Assembly (NCBI GenBank): GCA_039621445.1
Contig: CP154954.1
Coordinates: 44,619,847-44,683,846, forward strand
DNA: 64,000 nucleotides
Source of the DNA: Euglena gracilis
Taxonomy: Eukaryota
Direction of reading: 5' to 3'
A program made the position numbers and the translations under genes. This document shows, piece by piece, positions 38,801-52,330 of the stretch (positions are counted from its first letter, which is position 1; each line of letters starts with the position of its first letter). The notes beneath the pieces are model-generated. The model was not told where the DNA came from. It did not search any database and worked only from the letters and a program-made list of their open reading frames with translations.

Positions 38801-40160
38801 ATTCGGCGGAGGAAACCCCTCCTGCCCCTGCCAGCAGTTGGGTAACAACAGAATTTCCTGGGGTTTGGCCATTTCTTTTCAGTTCGGGAAAGGATCGGGA
38901 GACAGTTCCATTGGGGGATTTGGGGGGTCAAGGGACACATCAAGGTTTGATGCGTCGACTGCCAAACATTCCTGGAGCTCGAACCTTTAACCCCCCCCTA
39001 ATGAGTGCGCAGTGCCCTAACGAGTGCCCCAAGGGTCCGAAACCACCTCCCTAAAAAGAGTACCCCCCAAAGGAAAAACCGTTGTCACATTTCAGGTCGG
39101 AAGCACACATGTCCTTCTCAGACCAAATATTTCTATTGTCCAGACCCAAATTTGACACACAATCACTTGACTCACTGCTTGACGTCACAAGAAGGGGGAA
39201 AACTGAAAAAGAGTGGTGGAAAGTCAAGTATTTCGTGCTTTGCCCTAATAAGTGCACAGTGCCCTAATAAGTGCGCACCCCTTGGGGTCCGGGACTACGT
39301 CTTTAATATGTACCGTGCACTTATTGGGCGGGGGCAGGGCAGAACGGGAATCAGCCGAACAGCCAGGGTGGTGGGTGGGGGGGGGGTCGACCCCCCCCTC
39401 CACCTCTTCCCGTATTTCCGGGAGCACCAATTTTTGGATCCGAAAAAGTTTTTCCGGCGCTTTCGGCGCCGGGTGTATTTTTGACCCATTTTGGGGACCC
39501 GCATAGGGGGTCCCCCCCAAAAACCCCCCAAACCCCCATTTTTTCGTACTTTCCAAAATGCAATATTTTCTCAAAATTTTGATTTTGAGAGGTTTTTGAA
39601 ACAAAAAAATGCTGTTGAAATCCAAAAAATTTCCAAGAGAAAAAATGTCAGTAAACTTTGACTGAGCGATAAGTTGGTCCACTTTTTTTCACCTTCGTTT
39701 TTTCCACCCCCTCCGAGAAACTGCCAATTTTTAACCCTGAAAATTTTGAGTTTTTTTGTGAAAAGATGTGGTTTTCCATCAAAAAGCATGTGTTTTGGGT
39801 TCATTTTTTTTGAAAAAGATTTTCAAAATTGTTTTCGGCCAACATCCCCGTTTTCCCAAAATCAATGAAAATGCTGTGGTGGGTGGGGGGGCCGACCCAC
39901 CGCCCCCCCCCCCCCCACCTCCCGGGTGGGGAAGGGTGGATCACCCCCCCCCCCGACCAGGCCTTCCCGTTCTGCCCTGGCGGGGTTTACCATTCTGGCA
40001 CTCCCCAATTGGCATCTTTGGAGTTTTGTGACTTTTGGACCCCGCAGAGCCACCGAAGGTCACGCAGCCATCCGTTGGAGAACGGTGGCGGTATTCCTTC
40101 CGGCCACACACCCGGGCACGCTGTGTGGGTGTGTGTGGGGTGTGCGTGTGTGGGTGTGTG

Positions 40161-40207
<47 letters not shown>

Positions 40208-41559
40208 TGTGTGTGCTGTGTGTGTGAGTGTTTGTGTGTGTGTGTGGGTGGGTGGGTGGGTGGGTGGGTGGGTGGGTGGGTGGGTGGGTGTGGGGGGAGG
40301 GTGGGGGGGGTGAGGGAGGGCATGGGGGCTCTCCTGCCGCGGGGTGGCCCCGAAGATCCTGACCGGCGTGACGCAGGACCTCGCCGAGCAGTTCCTCCTG
40401 TCGTGTGCACGGAACTTCCAGAAGCAGGCGGGGCCCTCCCCTCCGGGGGCGTATGGGTGTTTAACTTTAAGTACCACCCCCTGAATGCGAACCCCATGTA
40501 GCTCTTGTTGCACATTGGTTCTCGTCTCAAGGTGGCATCAATTTGGTACCAGTTTTTTTGTCAAGATGATTTTTCCTTGGGGGGGGGGCAGGAATCCACA
40601 ACCATGTGGGTGGTGGGTGGGGATAATTGGCACATTTTGTTTTAAGGGTATTCCAGCCTACCCCCCCCTCCGTTTGTATTATTACAGTGTTGCACTGTGA
40701 ACTTTCTTTTCGCCGACGCGATTCAGTTGATCTTCCATTACATTTCATGACAACCTGCTGAGAACTTTCGCATACCAAACGCTCTGCACAATATCACGGC
40801 CATAGCTGCATTTTTTCCTGTGTTCCTTTGTGTTTCAGCGGTGTTGTTGGTCATTTGGTTCAAATGTGGCCTACATGGGTGGGCAATCGACGCCCCCGGG
40901 CAATTGACGCCCCCGGGCAATTGTCACCCCCCTCTGTGCGGCCAAATTGTCACCCCGGGAAATTATCACCCCCCTCCGTGCTGCCCGATTTGTCACGCGA
41001 CAATTGCCCGGGGGTAGCTTGGAAGGAAGGGGCCATCTCATTGGAAACGGTTTCTGTGTTGGACCCTTGTGATCCTTTTCGAACCCTCCCTGGGGGCAGC
41101 ATGTATGGCTACGGCGCATACAGCTGTGCCGGCGGGTGGTTCGTCCACGACATGCACAAGTGGCCGGGCGCCTACCGCGAGGCAAGCTACCCATATGTTG
41201 CGAAGGGCCAGCCCCCCTGGTGTCCGCCCACCCTCCCTTTTCTTTGGGCCTGGACCCTTGAGAGTTGTAGGAAGAATTTGTGGGGTTTTGATTTGATTTT
41301 TATGTTTAAAGTATGGCTTATTCAAAATCCTCATGCGAGACTGTCAGCGGGCACCAAGAGATGGTGCGGATTGACCATTGAATGGATTTTTGCTGTCCAG
41401 TCTCGTCTTACCTCCCCCCTTTCTTTGTCTTTGTCGTACGACCACCCCACTATAACGACCACCCCCCGGTCGCAGGTTTGCAGGTCAGGACTAAAAGAAA
41501 AAGAAGCTGGTTTTTTTTCAGGTTGTATGAATGTGCATGTTGTTATCATCATCATCCTG

Positions 41560-41595
<36 letters not shown>

Positions 41596-42488
41596 CGACA
41601 ACCGTGGAAAAGAGGCTAGACGGAATCAGACCATCCCAGAAGAAGAAAGGCAGCTCATATTTTGGAGGTGCACCTCTTTGCTCCGTCCCCAGCACACCCT
41701 CTCCAACACGCCTCCTCAAACCGCCCTCCTATATTCCTGGTCCCCTCCACCCGGGTGGCTGTGTGGCGACACCCCCTGCAACACCCGCAACCTTGCCCCG
41801 GTGTTCAGATTGACCAGCTGGAATTATGCGCAGGCAGGGATGCCGCGAATCGGTTTATGACCGTATGGCACCCGTGGCAGTGCATGCTTTGGAGGCCTGA
41901 AATCAGGAGGCTCATGCCAATGCGACGTGATGTGGATGCTGTCTTCAGCTGTTGTGCCCACATCCCTCGCACCATCTCTGGTTTCGTGGTTTTCTTTCTT
42001 TGAAACTGCATCAAAAACGCAAATGTGTGTTGCATATGCTTCCAGAAATCTTTGTGCGTCGAGCTTGGGAGGCACACAAGTATCATACATTTGTTCTTTG
42101 CTCCCTCTGACAGGAATTCAGCCAGCAGCCTTTTCCCGTGCAGGAATGGCAAGTCAAATTCAAAGACCAATTTATTTCAATTACCACTGGGCTTTCTGGC
42201 CAAAGTGTGCAGAACATCGAACGTTGGGTTTTTGCGGGTAGCCTTTCCTCTCCCCCAAATCAGACAGGGACCCCTCTTTCGCAGCCAAAGGTATTTTTGT
42301 CCCAAACCACCTTGACCCCAACAAATCCTGAACCCACCCTGACTCCTGCACCTCAGGGCTCACCTGACGTGCCATGGGGTACCGGGGAAACAAGCAAGGG
42401 GTGCCGAAGTGATGCACCGCGGTTGGGTGAAGCTCCCAAGTCTTTTCGCCACTGGGAACCCCCCCCCGCGGGGAAGGGAGGACACAAA

Positions 42489-42532
<44 letters not shown>

Positions 42533-42964
42533 TAAATATATAAATAGATAAACATATATATATATATATATATATCTATATATATATATATATATATATG
42601 TGAAGCCCTTTTGGTGTTGTTCAATCTGCGCGGTGGTGGGGGCGGGTGGGGGCGATTGTCCCCCACCCCTGGGCCGGCCCCTCCCTCCCTGGCGCCGTGG
42701 CCCAGCCGGCCAACCTGCCGGGGCAGGTGGAGGCCATCAAGCAAGCCATCTGGCGATGGGGCCCCGTGGCGGTGGCGGTGGCGGTGGACCGCCCCTTCCA
42801 AGCCTACAAGGGGCCAGGGCGGTCCCGGTCCCGGTGCACACTCCCTTGGGCCCTCCGGGGGGGGGGGCAATTTTTCAGGTTCGTGCTCCTTCTGTCTGCT
42901 TGCTGTGGGACGCTGTTATCTACACGTATGGGTGTGCAGCGTGCTTCCTCTCCCTGTTTGGTTT

Positions 42965-43022
<58 letters not shown>

Positions 43023-44170
43023 CGTGTGTTGTATGTGTGTTGGTATATCTGTTGTGTGTGTGTGTGTGTTTGTATATTCGTTGTGTGTGTTGTGTGTTGT
43101 GTGTGTGTTTGTGTATCTGTTGTGTGTGTGTGTCTTTGTGTGTGTTTGTGTGTTGTTGGTGTTGTCATTGTTGTTGTTGTCATCGTTGTGGCTGTTGCAC
43201 CTTACGTATCAAGTCCTGTCTCCCAAAGCTGGAAACACGGTCGCTGCCCTGCCGCCGCGGTATCTTCAACGTTGACACTTCCCTCCCAATTGAGCACGGC
43301 GGCGCCACCGCCCCTCCCATTTTGTTTTCCCCCTCTTGCTCTGAGGGGAGGGGGGGAGATAGACCGGCATTCTGCAAGTCCCTCCACCGCCTCCGGCCGC
43401 TCCCACAGAAACCGCAAGAAACAAACCAACGGCACAGACACCCACAAGCGCCAGAGCAGAATAGGTGGGCCGACACACAGACCTACACAGGGCCTGCGCA
43501 CCGCCGCCGCCGTGGGGCCAACCACGCGGTGACGGTGGTGGGCTGGGGCGTGCAGAACAACGTGGGCTACTGGATCGTGCGCAACTCCTGGGGCCCGAAC
43601 TGGGGCGAGGGGGGCTACATGCGCATCAAGTGGGGCATCTGCAAGGTCGGCAAGTACGCCAACTTCATCGTGCAGCCCCACGGTGTGCCGGGCCCCTCTG
43701 GGCCTTTCCATCCCTAGCAGCCTACCCCTTCCCCAGCAGTGACGACCCTGGCAGCCCAGCCCCCCCCCCCCCGAGAAACTGTCAGGCTCGAGAATTTGTC
43801 AAGGTCGCACCCGGAAAACTGGCAAGTGCTCACCAACCTGTCACGATAGGAAGTCGTGATGGAATCTGGTACTGGCCCAATGTGATGACAATTTCCGAGG
43901 GGAAGGGTAGCGTGACCGATCGGCCAGTACCAAGCAGCGAAGAACCCTCGCAGCTTCTCATAGATGGCCATCTCCAGGAAACTTAGGCGGCACATCTCGC
44001 ATTGAAGCTTTTTTTGGGTCGGTGTGCGCATTTTTTTGCACTCTGAAAATTTTTGATTTTGGCGCCAGCGTTGCAGGAGGTGAGGGCGAGAGGAAGCACG
44101 ACTGGGCGAAACCCGGCCAATTACTTGCTTTTGGCCCTGGCACTCCCGGGAATTCCGTGTTTTTTTTCTG

Positions 44171-44207
<37 letters not shown>

Positions 44208-45932
44208 TGTATGTGTGGTGGCATGCGTTGTGTTGCGCGGGGGGGGGGTCCGCCGTGCCTCATGCCTGGGCATCAACGTTGCGTTGGGTCGGCCGCCGCC
44301 ACCTCCGCCCCCCCCCCCCCCCGTCCGTGCCACTCTCCTTCTGCCTCGCAGCGGCGCTGGGCCACCGCCGGCTGGAGCTCGGCGTGCCGCCGGCCGCCGC
44401 CCCTGCCGCCCCGGAGCCGACCGCCGCGCCCGCCGTTGCCGCGGCAGACGTCGTCGCCCCCGCCCCACACACGACCGCTGGCGTCGCCGCCCCCAAGCCC
44501 CCGCCCCCCACGCTGGGGCTGGTCGGGACCAGGGCCCGGGCTCTGGCAGTTAGAGGGAGGCGGGGACCAGGTCCAGGTATTTTTTAAGGCAAAAAAAACA
44601 TTCAAAACTTCAGGCGGGGTTTAAGGCATTTAAAGGTTTTTAAGGCACCTATGAAAAAATAATTCCTGACCAGGTCTACTGACGGTGGGAGGGGACCCCA
44701 CCCCCGGGAGGGGAGGGTGAGTCCATGCAGAACCTTCCCCTTTTCTTTCCAGCCAGCAGCCCCCAGCTGGATTGCAGAAACCCGGGGGGGGGGGAGGGGA
44801 GGGGAGGGGATGGAATTAATCCGGCTCTGCCCAGTGAATCCATCCGGCCTGGACCAAATAAGGGAGTGAAACTTATTTTAGAAAAAAAGAAGAAGAAATT
44901 GAGGGTTTTTTTGCATTTTGAGGGGGTGGTTTTTCACTTTTGTGTTGCAGCGAGGTCCAACCCCAGGGCTGTGTGGGAATCCCCAAAACCTCACGGGCGG
45001 TGGGTGGGTCCCTCCCCTCCCCCCCCGCCCCCCGCCAGCCCCGGGGCCCTGCGGCCGGCGGCGGCGGCGCTGCTGGCGGTGCCGGCGGTGGTGCTGGCGC
45101 TGCTGCGGCACAGCGGCCCCCGGCCCCCCGCCCTCACCGCCCCCGCCCCCAATGCCCTCGAGCTGGAGGCCCCGGGGCGGGCCGAGACCACTTCCTGCCC
45201 CGCCCCGGCGCCGCCCTGAGCCCCCCCCCCCCGGCCCAGTGGGGGCTGGGTTGGTCTTGATTCCCCCTCCGGGCCACTGGGGTTTTTAAAGCACTTTATT
45301 GCCCGTGGTCCTTGGGTTGGCCGGCAGGGTTGTGACTGTCGAAGGCCACTCTCTGCAAATGCGCCCAAAGACTTTGGGGAGCGAAGTCGACAGGTATGGA
45401 CAAGACCAACCTCTTCTGAGCAATGAGTTGCACTGTTTTGTTTTTTTGGTTTGGAATTAACATCATCAGGCCAAAAAAAAAGTTGGGGAATCCCTCGGGG
45501 GTCCCCGGTGCGCGTTTCGCTCGCCACTCCGCTGTGCGGAGAGGAGTGGGGGAATCCAATCCATCGGGGGGGGGGGGTAAGATAACACACAGCCCACAGA
45601 GCCAACCTCATCCTGCTGTTGCGGGGTCGTGACAGTCATCATGGGTCGGCACCGCTGCCGGAGGGGGGGGGGCGGTCCGCTGCCTCCCCGGGGCCCCCCT
45701 TAGTTGCACTAAGGCTTCTTGTCCGTTCATGGCCGGCGCTAACTTCGCTTCTGGCCCGGTTTGCTGTGTGATGAGTGGCCAGGGACCCCTTACAACTCTC
45801 CAGGACCCCCCCCCCCTGCCTGCCGAGGCCGCGCCTGACCTCGGTAGCCCGCTGCTGCCCCCGCCCGCCCCGACCACCTCCAGCCCTTGGGCCGCCTCCC
45901 TGCGGCCGCCCACCGGCCCTTTCGCTGCCTGA
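35900..45932 (+). CDS. Papain-family (C1A) cysteine protease with signal peptide and C-terminal transmembrane helix, tandem copy 2 (13 exons, 461 aa)
   Basis: Exons 35900-36076, 36409-36504, 36598-36669, 37042-37121, 40352-40421, 41098-41205, 41768-41827, 42697-42811, 43257-43291, 43520-43682, 44352-44526, 45057-45201 and 45843-45932 sum to 1386 nt in one open frame. Motifs: [41 protein letters not shown]. Intron positions match copy 1 except that copy 1's first intron is absent. Confidence 0.92.
38175..38461. mobile_element. hAT-type MITE, family A, in an intron of protease copy 2
   Basis: TIRs caggcttgtcctta / taagcacaagcatg; perfect 8-bp TSD ttctggtc. Confidence 0.9.
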
Positions 45933-46979
45933 GCCTGTGTGGCCCATGCCTACGACCCCCCCACCCACCGGGAATTGGAGCTCCAGGCCAGGGGATGCAG
46001 CGGTGGGCGGTGCCAGCCCCCGTCCGCTTCACGATGCTGATCCCCCCCCCATGTTGGTCCGGCTTTCCGGTTGGGGGGCAGGCAAGGATGGCTAGGCTCA
46101 GCCAATGCTTGACCCCCGAGCAGGCTTCTGCTTAAGGGATTGCAGTCCCCCCCCGGGGGGGGGGGGGGGCTGGACTGCAGCTAGTCCAAATTTGGCTAGT
46201 GGGGTTCCTAGCAGACTCCCCGGGGGGGGGGGGTCTGCTAGCAGGGCTAGCTAGTGGAAAAAAATTTCCAGTGACGGGCGCAAAGCGCCGGAATTTTGGG
46301 GGGGGGGGGGGGCAAAAATGGCCCAAAATGCCCGTTTTTGGCAATCAGCCAAAAACCTATTAAAAACCTCATTTCCACCTCGGCGCGCAGCGCCGGAGGA
46401 AAATTTTTTTCCAGTGGGGGGGGGGACCCCCGGACCCCCCCCCCCCCCGGGGGGGGCCAGCTAGTCCATTTTTTTCCAGTGTCTGGCCGATTGGCTCGCC
46501 AGTACCCACCCCCCTGGGGGTCCTTAAGCACTGCGTTGTAACGCTTTGAAACAAGCAGGGCAAGTCAAAAAGCAGTCAACCTCCTCCTTGCATTCCTCCC
46601 CCCCAATGTCAGCTCTAAGTTCGAAGTCACCCCAGATTCCCCAGGTATGGCAGGTCAGAAAAAGAACCAAAGTATTGGGTCTATGCTTTCCGGTATTTTG
46701 GGCCCTTTGGCCAACCCCAAAGCCACTCAGTCACTTCGAACTTCAAACCTTCAAACCTTCACCCGGGACTGAAAACTAACCTGGGGGGGAGGGGGGTTCT
46801 GCATCCACTGAAAATAGCCTGGCTGGATTGATCCCTTCTCACCCCCTCCCTCGCCTTTGTCTGGCCTGCCCCACCCCTGCTTCCAGCCCGGGCGCTGCAG
46901 GGCCAACACATCCCCCCCTCGCCGCACTCCCACAACCACTGCGGACCCCAGCGGGGATGGTGGTGTGGATGGCTGCAGG

Positions 46980-47284
46980 CAGGGTTTTTTTTTTTAGTCT
47001 TGGACCCCCTCCCCCGGGGGGGAGGGGGGAGGGTGGGTGGGTCCCTTGGACTCCCTCCCCCCCCCCGGGAGGGGGTAGGGGCTGGTGGGTATATCTTTTT
47101 GGTGCCAAATGCGCCGAGAAGTTTGAAGAATTTGCTATTTTTAGCATTTTGGCCGTTTTCGGACAAAAGTGGGTGGGTCCCCCGGGAACCCCTCCCCCGG
47201 GGGGGGCCCCACCCCAGGGGGTGGGTGGGTGGGTGCTGACCCGCTCACACCTCCCCCCCCCCCGGTCTTAAAAAGAAACCCCTG
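46980..47284. mobile_element. hAT-type MITE, family C
   Basis: TIRs cagggttttttttt / aaaaagaaacccctg; perfect 8-bp TSD gctgcagg. Confidence 0.88.
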
Positions 47285-48656
47285 GCTGCAGGAGGAAGGT
47301 TGAGGTTCGAGGGTGGGTCATTTTGAACGCTCCAAAATGCCCCTTACTATGATTCAAAGAGGCTCAAGAGGTTCCTCCTCCATTCCTGTTTTCAGGGGTT
47401 TGATGTTTTTTTTTCAGCAAAGACCGGTCCCTCTCAAAAGGGCACGGGCAGCAAGCGGAGGGGGGGGATTGACATCCGCAATTTCCTCAATTTTTCTGAA
47501 GGCCTCCAATATCGACCCCCCCCCCACCGCGGCCATGCCAAAACCAAATAAAGCACAAAGGGATCAGACATTTGGGACGACTCTCTTCCCCTCCAAAACG
47601 TGAAAGGAGGCTTTCGATCGAGGTTCACAAGGCTCCAGAACCCCCCCAAGCATGTCCAACGAAGTTCTCGAGCGTTTGTCAGTTTGTCGGGGAGGGGCCA
47701 CCGACGTTCAAGCAGCCGTCCCACGGGAGCATTCCGCCCCCTTCCTTTGGGAGGTTGAGGCACTGGTCATCCTCGCTGTCAGGGGAGGGGGAACCAGTGT
47801 TAGAGCGCATTGTTGGAGACCTCCACTGGCCACGTGGCCCGCAGTGCCCCTTGCCCCTGCCCCAACCCAGTGCCCCCGTGCCTTCCCAGCCCTCGACCAT
47901 ACATTCACTAACCCCGTTGTGACCCCCCGGGGTGGTTTTTTGAAAGTGGGTGGAGGGGGTGGGTTCGGGCCATTGGACCCCTCCCCTAGGGTGCATCACA
48001 GTCAGCCCAACCCAGCCGAGGCCACGTTGGCAGGAAAAATTCAAAGGTTCTAGGCTTAATTCGGGTTATTTTGGTTGGCAGAGTGAGTGGGTGCCCCCCC
48101 CCTGTGTGCAATGTGGCTGTTTTTTTGGTGCCTTTTATCCCTTCTTCTGGCCTGGCGCTGTTGTTTGCCTCTGGCTCATTTTGTCTGTGTATGTGGAGGT
48201 GGCCGCCCCCCCCCCCCCCGGTGGGTTGTGGGTGGGTGGGTTTTTGGTTGAGGGCAAGTTCCAATTCCCTCCCCTGAGGACGTGGATGCATGCCCTCGAC
48301 CCTTCCCGCAGCCAGACACCGGCGTACCCGGTCGGCTGCCCCTGCCGAGGGCCGGGCAGTGGGGGTTGGCATGTCACCTTCTTTGACTTGCAAGGAAACT
48401 ATGAACCAGGGGGAAATTTTTGTGCATTTTTTTTCAATTTGTGTCGGTACATTTTGGGGTTTTCGCAATTTTGGAAATCGCGGCACATTTTGCACATTTT
48501 GCACATTTTTTGATTTCCCCAATTTTCAATATTTTCTTTCCATTGTTGTGTTTTTTTCCCATAATTTTGAATATGTGCCAATTTTTTGCATAGTTTTGAA
48601 TAATTTTGTGCAGCTTTGCACATTTTTGCGCATGTTTTCCCCAGGCCGGGTTAGCA

Positions 48657-48956
48657 TACCTACCCCCCCCCCCCGGGAAACTGTCATACCCGAGAACCCG
48701 TCAGGGTCCCGCCCGGGATACTGTCCGGGTCCCCAGTACCGGCCAACCTGTCATGCTGGAAGTTGTCAGGGTCCCCGGTACCGGCCAACCTGTCAGGGTC
48801 ATTTTTCATTGACTTTGCCTTGAAATAAATGCCCTACCCAGGAAACTGTCAGGGTCCCTGGTACTGTATTGGCCAACCTGTCATGATAGGAAGTTGTCAG
48901 GGTCCCCTGTACTGGCCAACCTGTCAGGTGACAGTTTCCCGGGGTGGGGGTAGGTG
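48657..48956. mobile_element. MITE with internal tandem ggccaacctgtca/tgtcagggtcccc repeats
   Basis: TIRs acctaccccc...cgggaaactgtca / tgacagtttcccggggtgggggtaggt; related fragments lie at about 43770-43860 and 55500-55555. Confidence 0.7.
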
Positions 48957-51745
48957 TTCTTTGAAAAGAAGTTTTAAGGCATTTTAAGGCTTTTAACTCA
49001 TTCCGGCCAAAGAGAAATTCAAGGCTTAATGCCACCTTCCTGCCAGAAATCTGTCCCCTCGGCCGTTGAGTCTTGTACCCACTGGGTTGCTGTGTTGGGG
49101 GCGTTGGACACAAAATTTATGGAGAGTTTCAGAAATGACACCTGTGTGTTTCATCATCAAGAAAAAAAATGTGGTAGAAGCTTGGAACTGCAAAAGCGTC
49201 GTCCGTGTCATCTGGCTGTCACCCCCCCCCTCCAGGAAGCTGTCATTTGGACCACACATATAAAACCCCCCTAATAAGTGCGCAGTGCCCTAATTGTGCG
49301 CAGTACCCTCATAAGTGCGCACCCCCCAAAGGTCCGAAACTACCTCCCTAAAAAAGTGCGCACCCTCCCCAAGGAGAAATCACTGTCACATCTCAGGTCG
49401 GAAAGCACACACAATCCTCAGAACTGTCCTCTGAACAAACATATCTATCGTCCAAGCCGAAATTTGACACATAATCACTTGACTCATAGCTTGAAACCAC
49501 AAAATAGGGTCAAAATCGAAAAAGAGTGGGGGGGAACGTCAGTATTTTTGGCTTTGCCCAAAAAAAAGTGCGCAGTGCCCTAATAAGTGCGCACCCCTGG
49601 GGTCCGAAACTGCGTCCTTAAAATGCGCACACCGTATTAGGGGGGGGGGTCGCAATTATGACAAATGCTGTGCATAAAAAAATTACATCCATTCATATTC
49701 ATACAGGGCAGTGGTATTATTATGGAATTATGGTAGATCAAAAGTTTAGTAAAGTACCCAAATTTTACCACATTGGGAGTCGAATCCACCTTCTGGGGAG
49801 GTGGATGTTGGATGCAGAGGTCGATTTGGAGCGGTGTGCAATTTGAAGCCGAAACCCCCATCTCCTTGAATAATTAATCCCTCTGGTATCAATTTGCACC
49901 CAAAGTCAGAGGCTTGAGGCGATGATTTAGGTATATTTCTCAAATTCAAAAAAAAAGGACTAAAACCACCCCGCCAGGTAGAACATTTTTTTTTCATGTT
50001 AGGTTTTTTTTAACGCAACAGGTGCCTTTTTTCGGGGTCCATTCTGACCCGATTGCATCGATTTTGGTGGTTTTCCCGGCGCTTGTTTGATTTTGCAGTG
50101 CAGTGGGGCTCGGGTCATTATTTTGGCAGCCAACGTATGACCCTCATCCCAATCGACCTTTGTTGGTCAGGGTTTGTGGGGACGGAATTGGGGGCGGGGG
50201 TCTGCCACCGCATTGCCACCGCTTGTGTGCTGCATGGCACGCCTCCTCCGGTGTGGGGTGTGGGCCACCCCATGAGAGAACGAGATTCCCCCACTCCCCC
50301 TTCGAACAGAGAGGGAAACGAGGCGGGAAAGGGAGTGGGCCCGCGGGGGGATGAGCCGTGGCCCCCGCCCGGCTCTCTCCGCGTCGAGTCAACTGGCGAC
50401 CCGCGGGCTGAACGTCAGCGCATCGCATCGTCCGCATCGAATCGCATCGCTGCCCCCCCACTCCCCTCCCAGTGTGCAATGTTCTTTGCCATTGCTTGGG
50501 TTGAGTGTGGGCTTTGAGGGCCTGTGCACGCGTGTCATTCATTGTGTGTGTTGTGCCTGGGTGCAGGCGCACATGTGTGTTTGGGGTGTGTGGGAGAGGG
50601 TTCACACCTGTTGTCACCCCATGGCAATATGATTACCATTTGGAATACCCAACTAACACTTGGCGGCATCGGCATCGGTTGCCCCTCCCCCCCAATGGGG
50701 TGCCCCTCTCTCCCTGGGTCCGGCCCTGCCACACTGGCCCCCTCCTCCGCCGTTGGAGCCGGCCGGCTGCCGAGTCCCTGCCCTGGCAGACGTCCCCCCC
50801 CCGAGGACCTGGGGCGACGTTGTCTGCCCCAGCCTGTATGTTGATACATCGGACGGTGGCTCAGCCGCCCACCCGCCACCCTGCCGCAGCGTCTCTGCCT
50901 CGGTTGGGGGGGGGGGCAAACTCGCCAACCTGCCAGCTTTCCTGTGAGACGAAGCATCGCGCTGAATAATCGAAGGTCTTCCACACTCCCAAGCAAAATC
51001 ACATTCTGGATTTTTTACCCAATCTGCAAATGTGTGCCCATTATTAGAGCATCCCCACAAAAAAATAACACAGCTGCCAATTTATTGATGAGATGATCAA
51101 CCTCCCACCCTGCTGGGTCACCAACTTTGGGGGGGATATACGAAAAATCTATCCCCAAAAAAGTAGCTGGAAAGCTAGACTGGGATATAGGATAAACTCT
51201 TCACACACTATTTGGATCTTGCTTTTTCCAATCCCCCTTTTTGTTTTTGTTTTTCATGGAAAAAATGCTAATGATTGCCCAAAATATGCGCCGTGTTGCG
51301 TAACATAACTTTTTTGCCGGAGAGGACTTGGAAAAAGAAAAGAAAAGAAAAAAATTTTCACCTCCTCTGCGGATTCTTTTTGGGTCTAAAATATTCTGTT
51401 CATCTTGTGGGGGGAGCTCCTGAAGGAATTTCTATGCAACGTGGGTTTTTTGTGGTGTATTACGTTTTTTGCCATCGCTTTTTTCAAGGGCCCATGTTGC
51501 GTTCCCCCCTTCCCACAAAGACTCGGATACTCGGACAAGGCACTCCGGCGCCAAAGGCGCCAGAACTCAAAGAACCCCTTTTCTTTCTGGCCCAGTTATT
51601 GGCCCATGTCAAACAGGCCCGACCCCCTCCCGCGTTGTGCCCGCCTGCTGCCTACTCTGAGCTGCCCCCACCCCCGGATGGCTGCATAGGTTTGTATTCC
51701 AAAATAACAGGTCGGGTCCACCGCGTGCAATTGCTTTGTGCCTAA

Positions 51746-52186
51746 GGGAGTCATGGCCAGTTTTCCCCCCCCCAGGACCCCCCCAGGACCCCACCCCCCC
51801 AGGACCCCCCCAGGCCCCCCCCAGGACCCCCCCAGGACCCCCCCAGGACCCCCCCAGGACCCCCCCAAGACCCCCCCAGGACCCCCCCAGGATCCCCCCA
51901 GGACCCCCCCAGGACCCACCGGGGGGCGGTACCCAGATGACCCACTGACCGTGGAGTTCCGGGCGCCTTCGGCGCCCGCTACCGGGGGGGGCTCCCGCCC
52001 CCCCCGGACCCCCCCGGGCTTCAAAATAACCTCATCTTTTGGAGCAAAAATTTTGCCAAAAAGTTGCGGGACCCCCCCAGGACACCCCCCGAAACCCCCC
52101 AGGACCCCCCCAAGACCCCCCCAGGACCCCCCCAGGACCCCCCCAGGACAGAGTCCTGGGGGGGGGGAAACTGGCCATAAGTGGCC
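51746..52186. mobile_element. PIF/Harbinger-like MITE with internal 11-bp (ccccccaggac)n arrays
   Basis: Inverted ends atggccagttttccccccccaggac / gtcctgggggggggggaaactggccat; TAA on both sides. Confidence 0.65.
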
Positions 52187-52330
52187 TAAGGTCACCCACG
52201 GGCATATGGATGTGGAGTTTTTCAACGTTGGCGACCCTGGGGGAAGGGAGAGGGGGGCAGGTCCTAAACAGCCTTTGTGTGGCCCGGTGTGCAGCATTGT
52301 CCCCGCCACGGTCCCACAGCCGCCACCCCC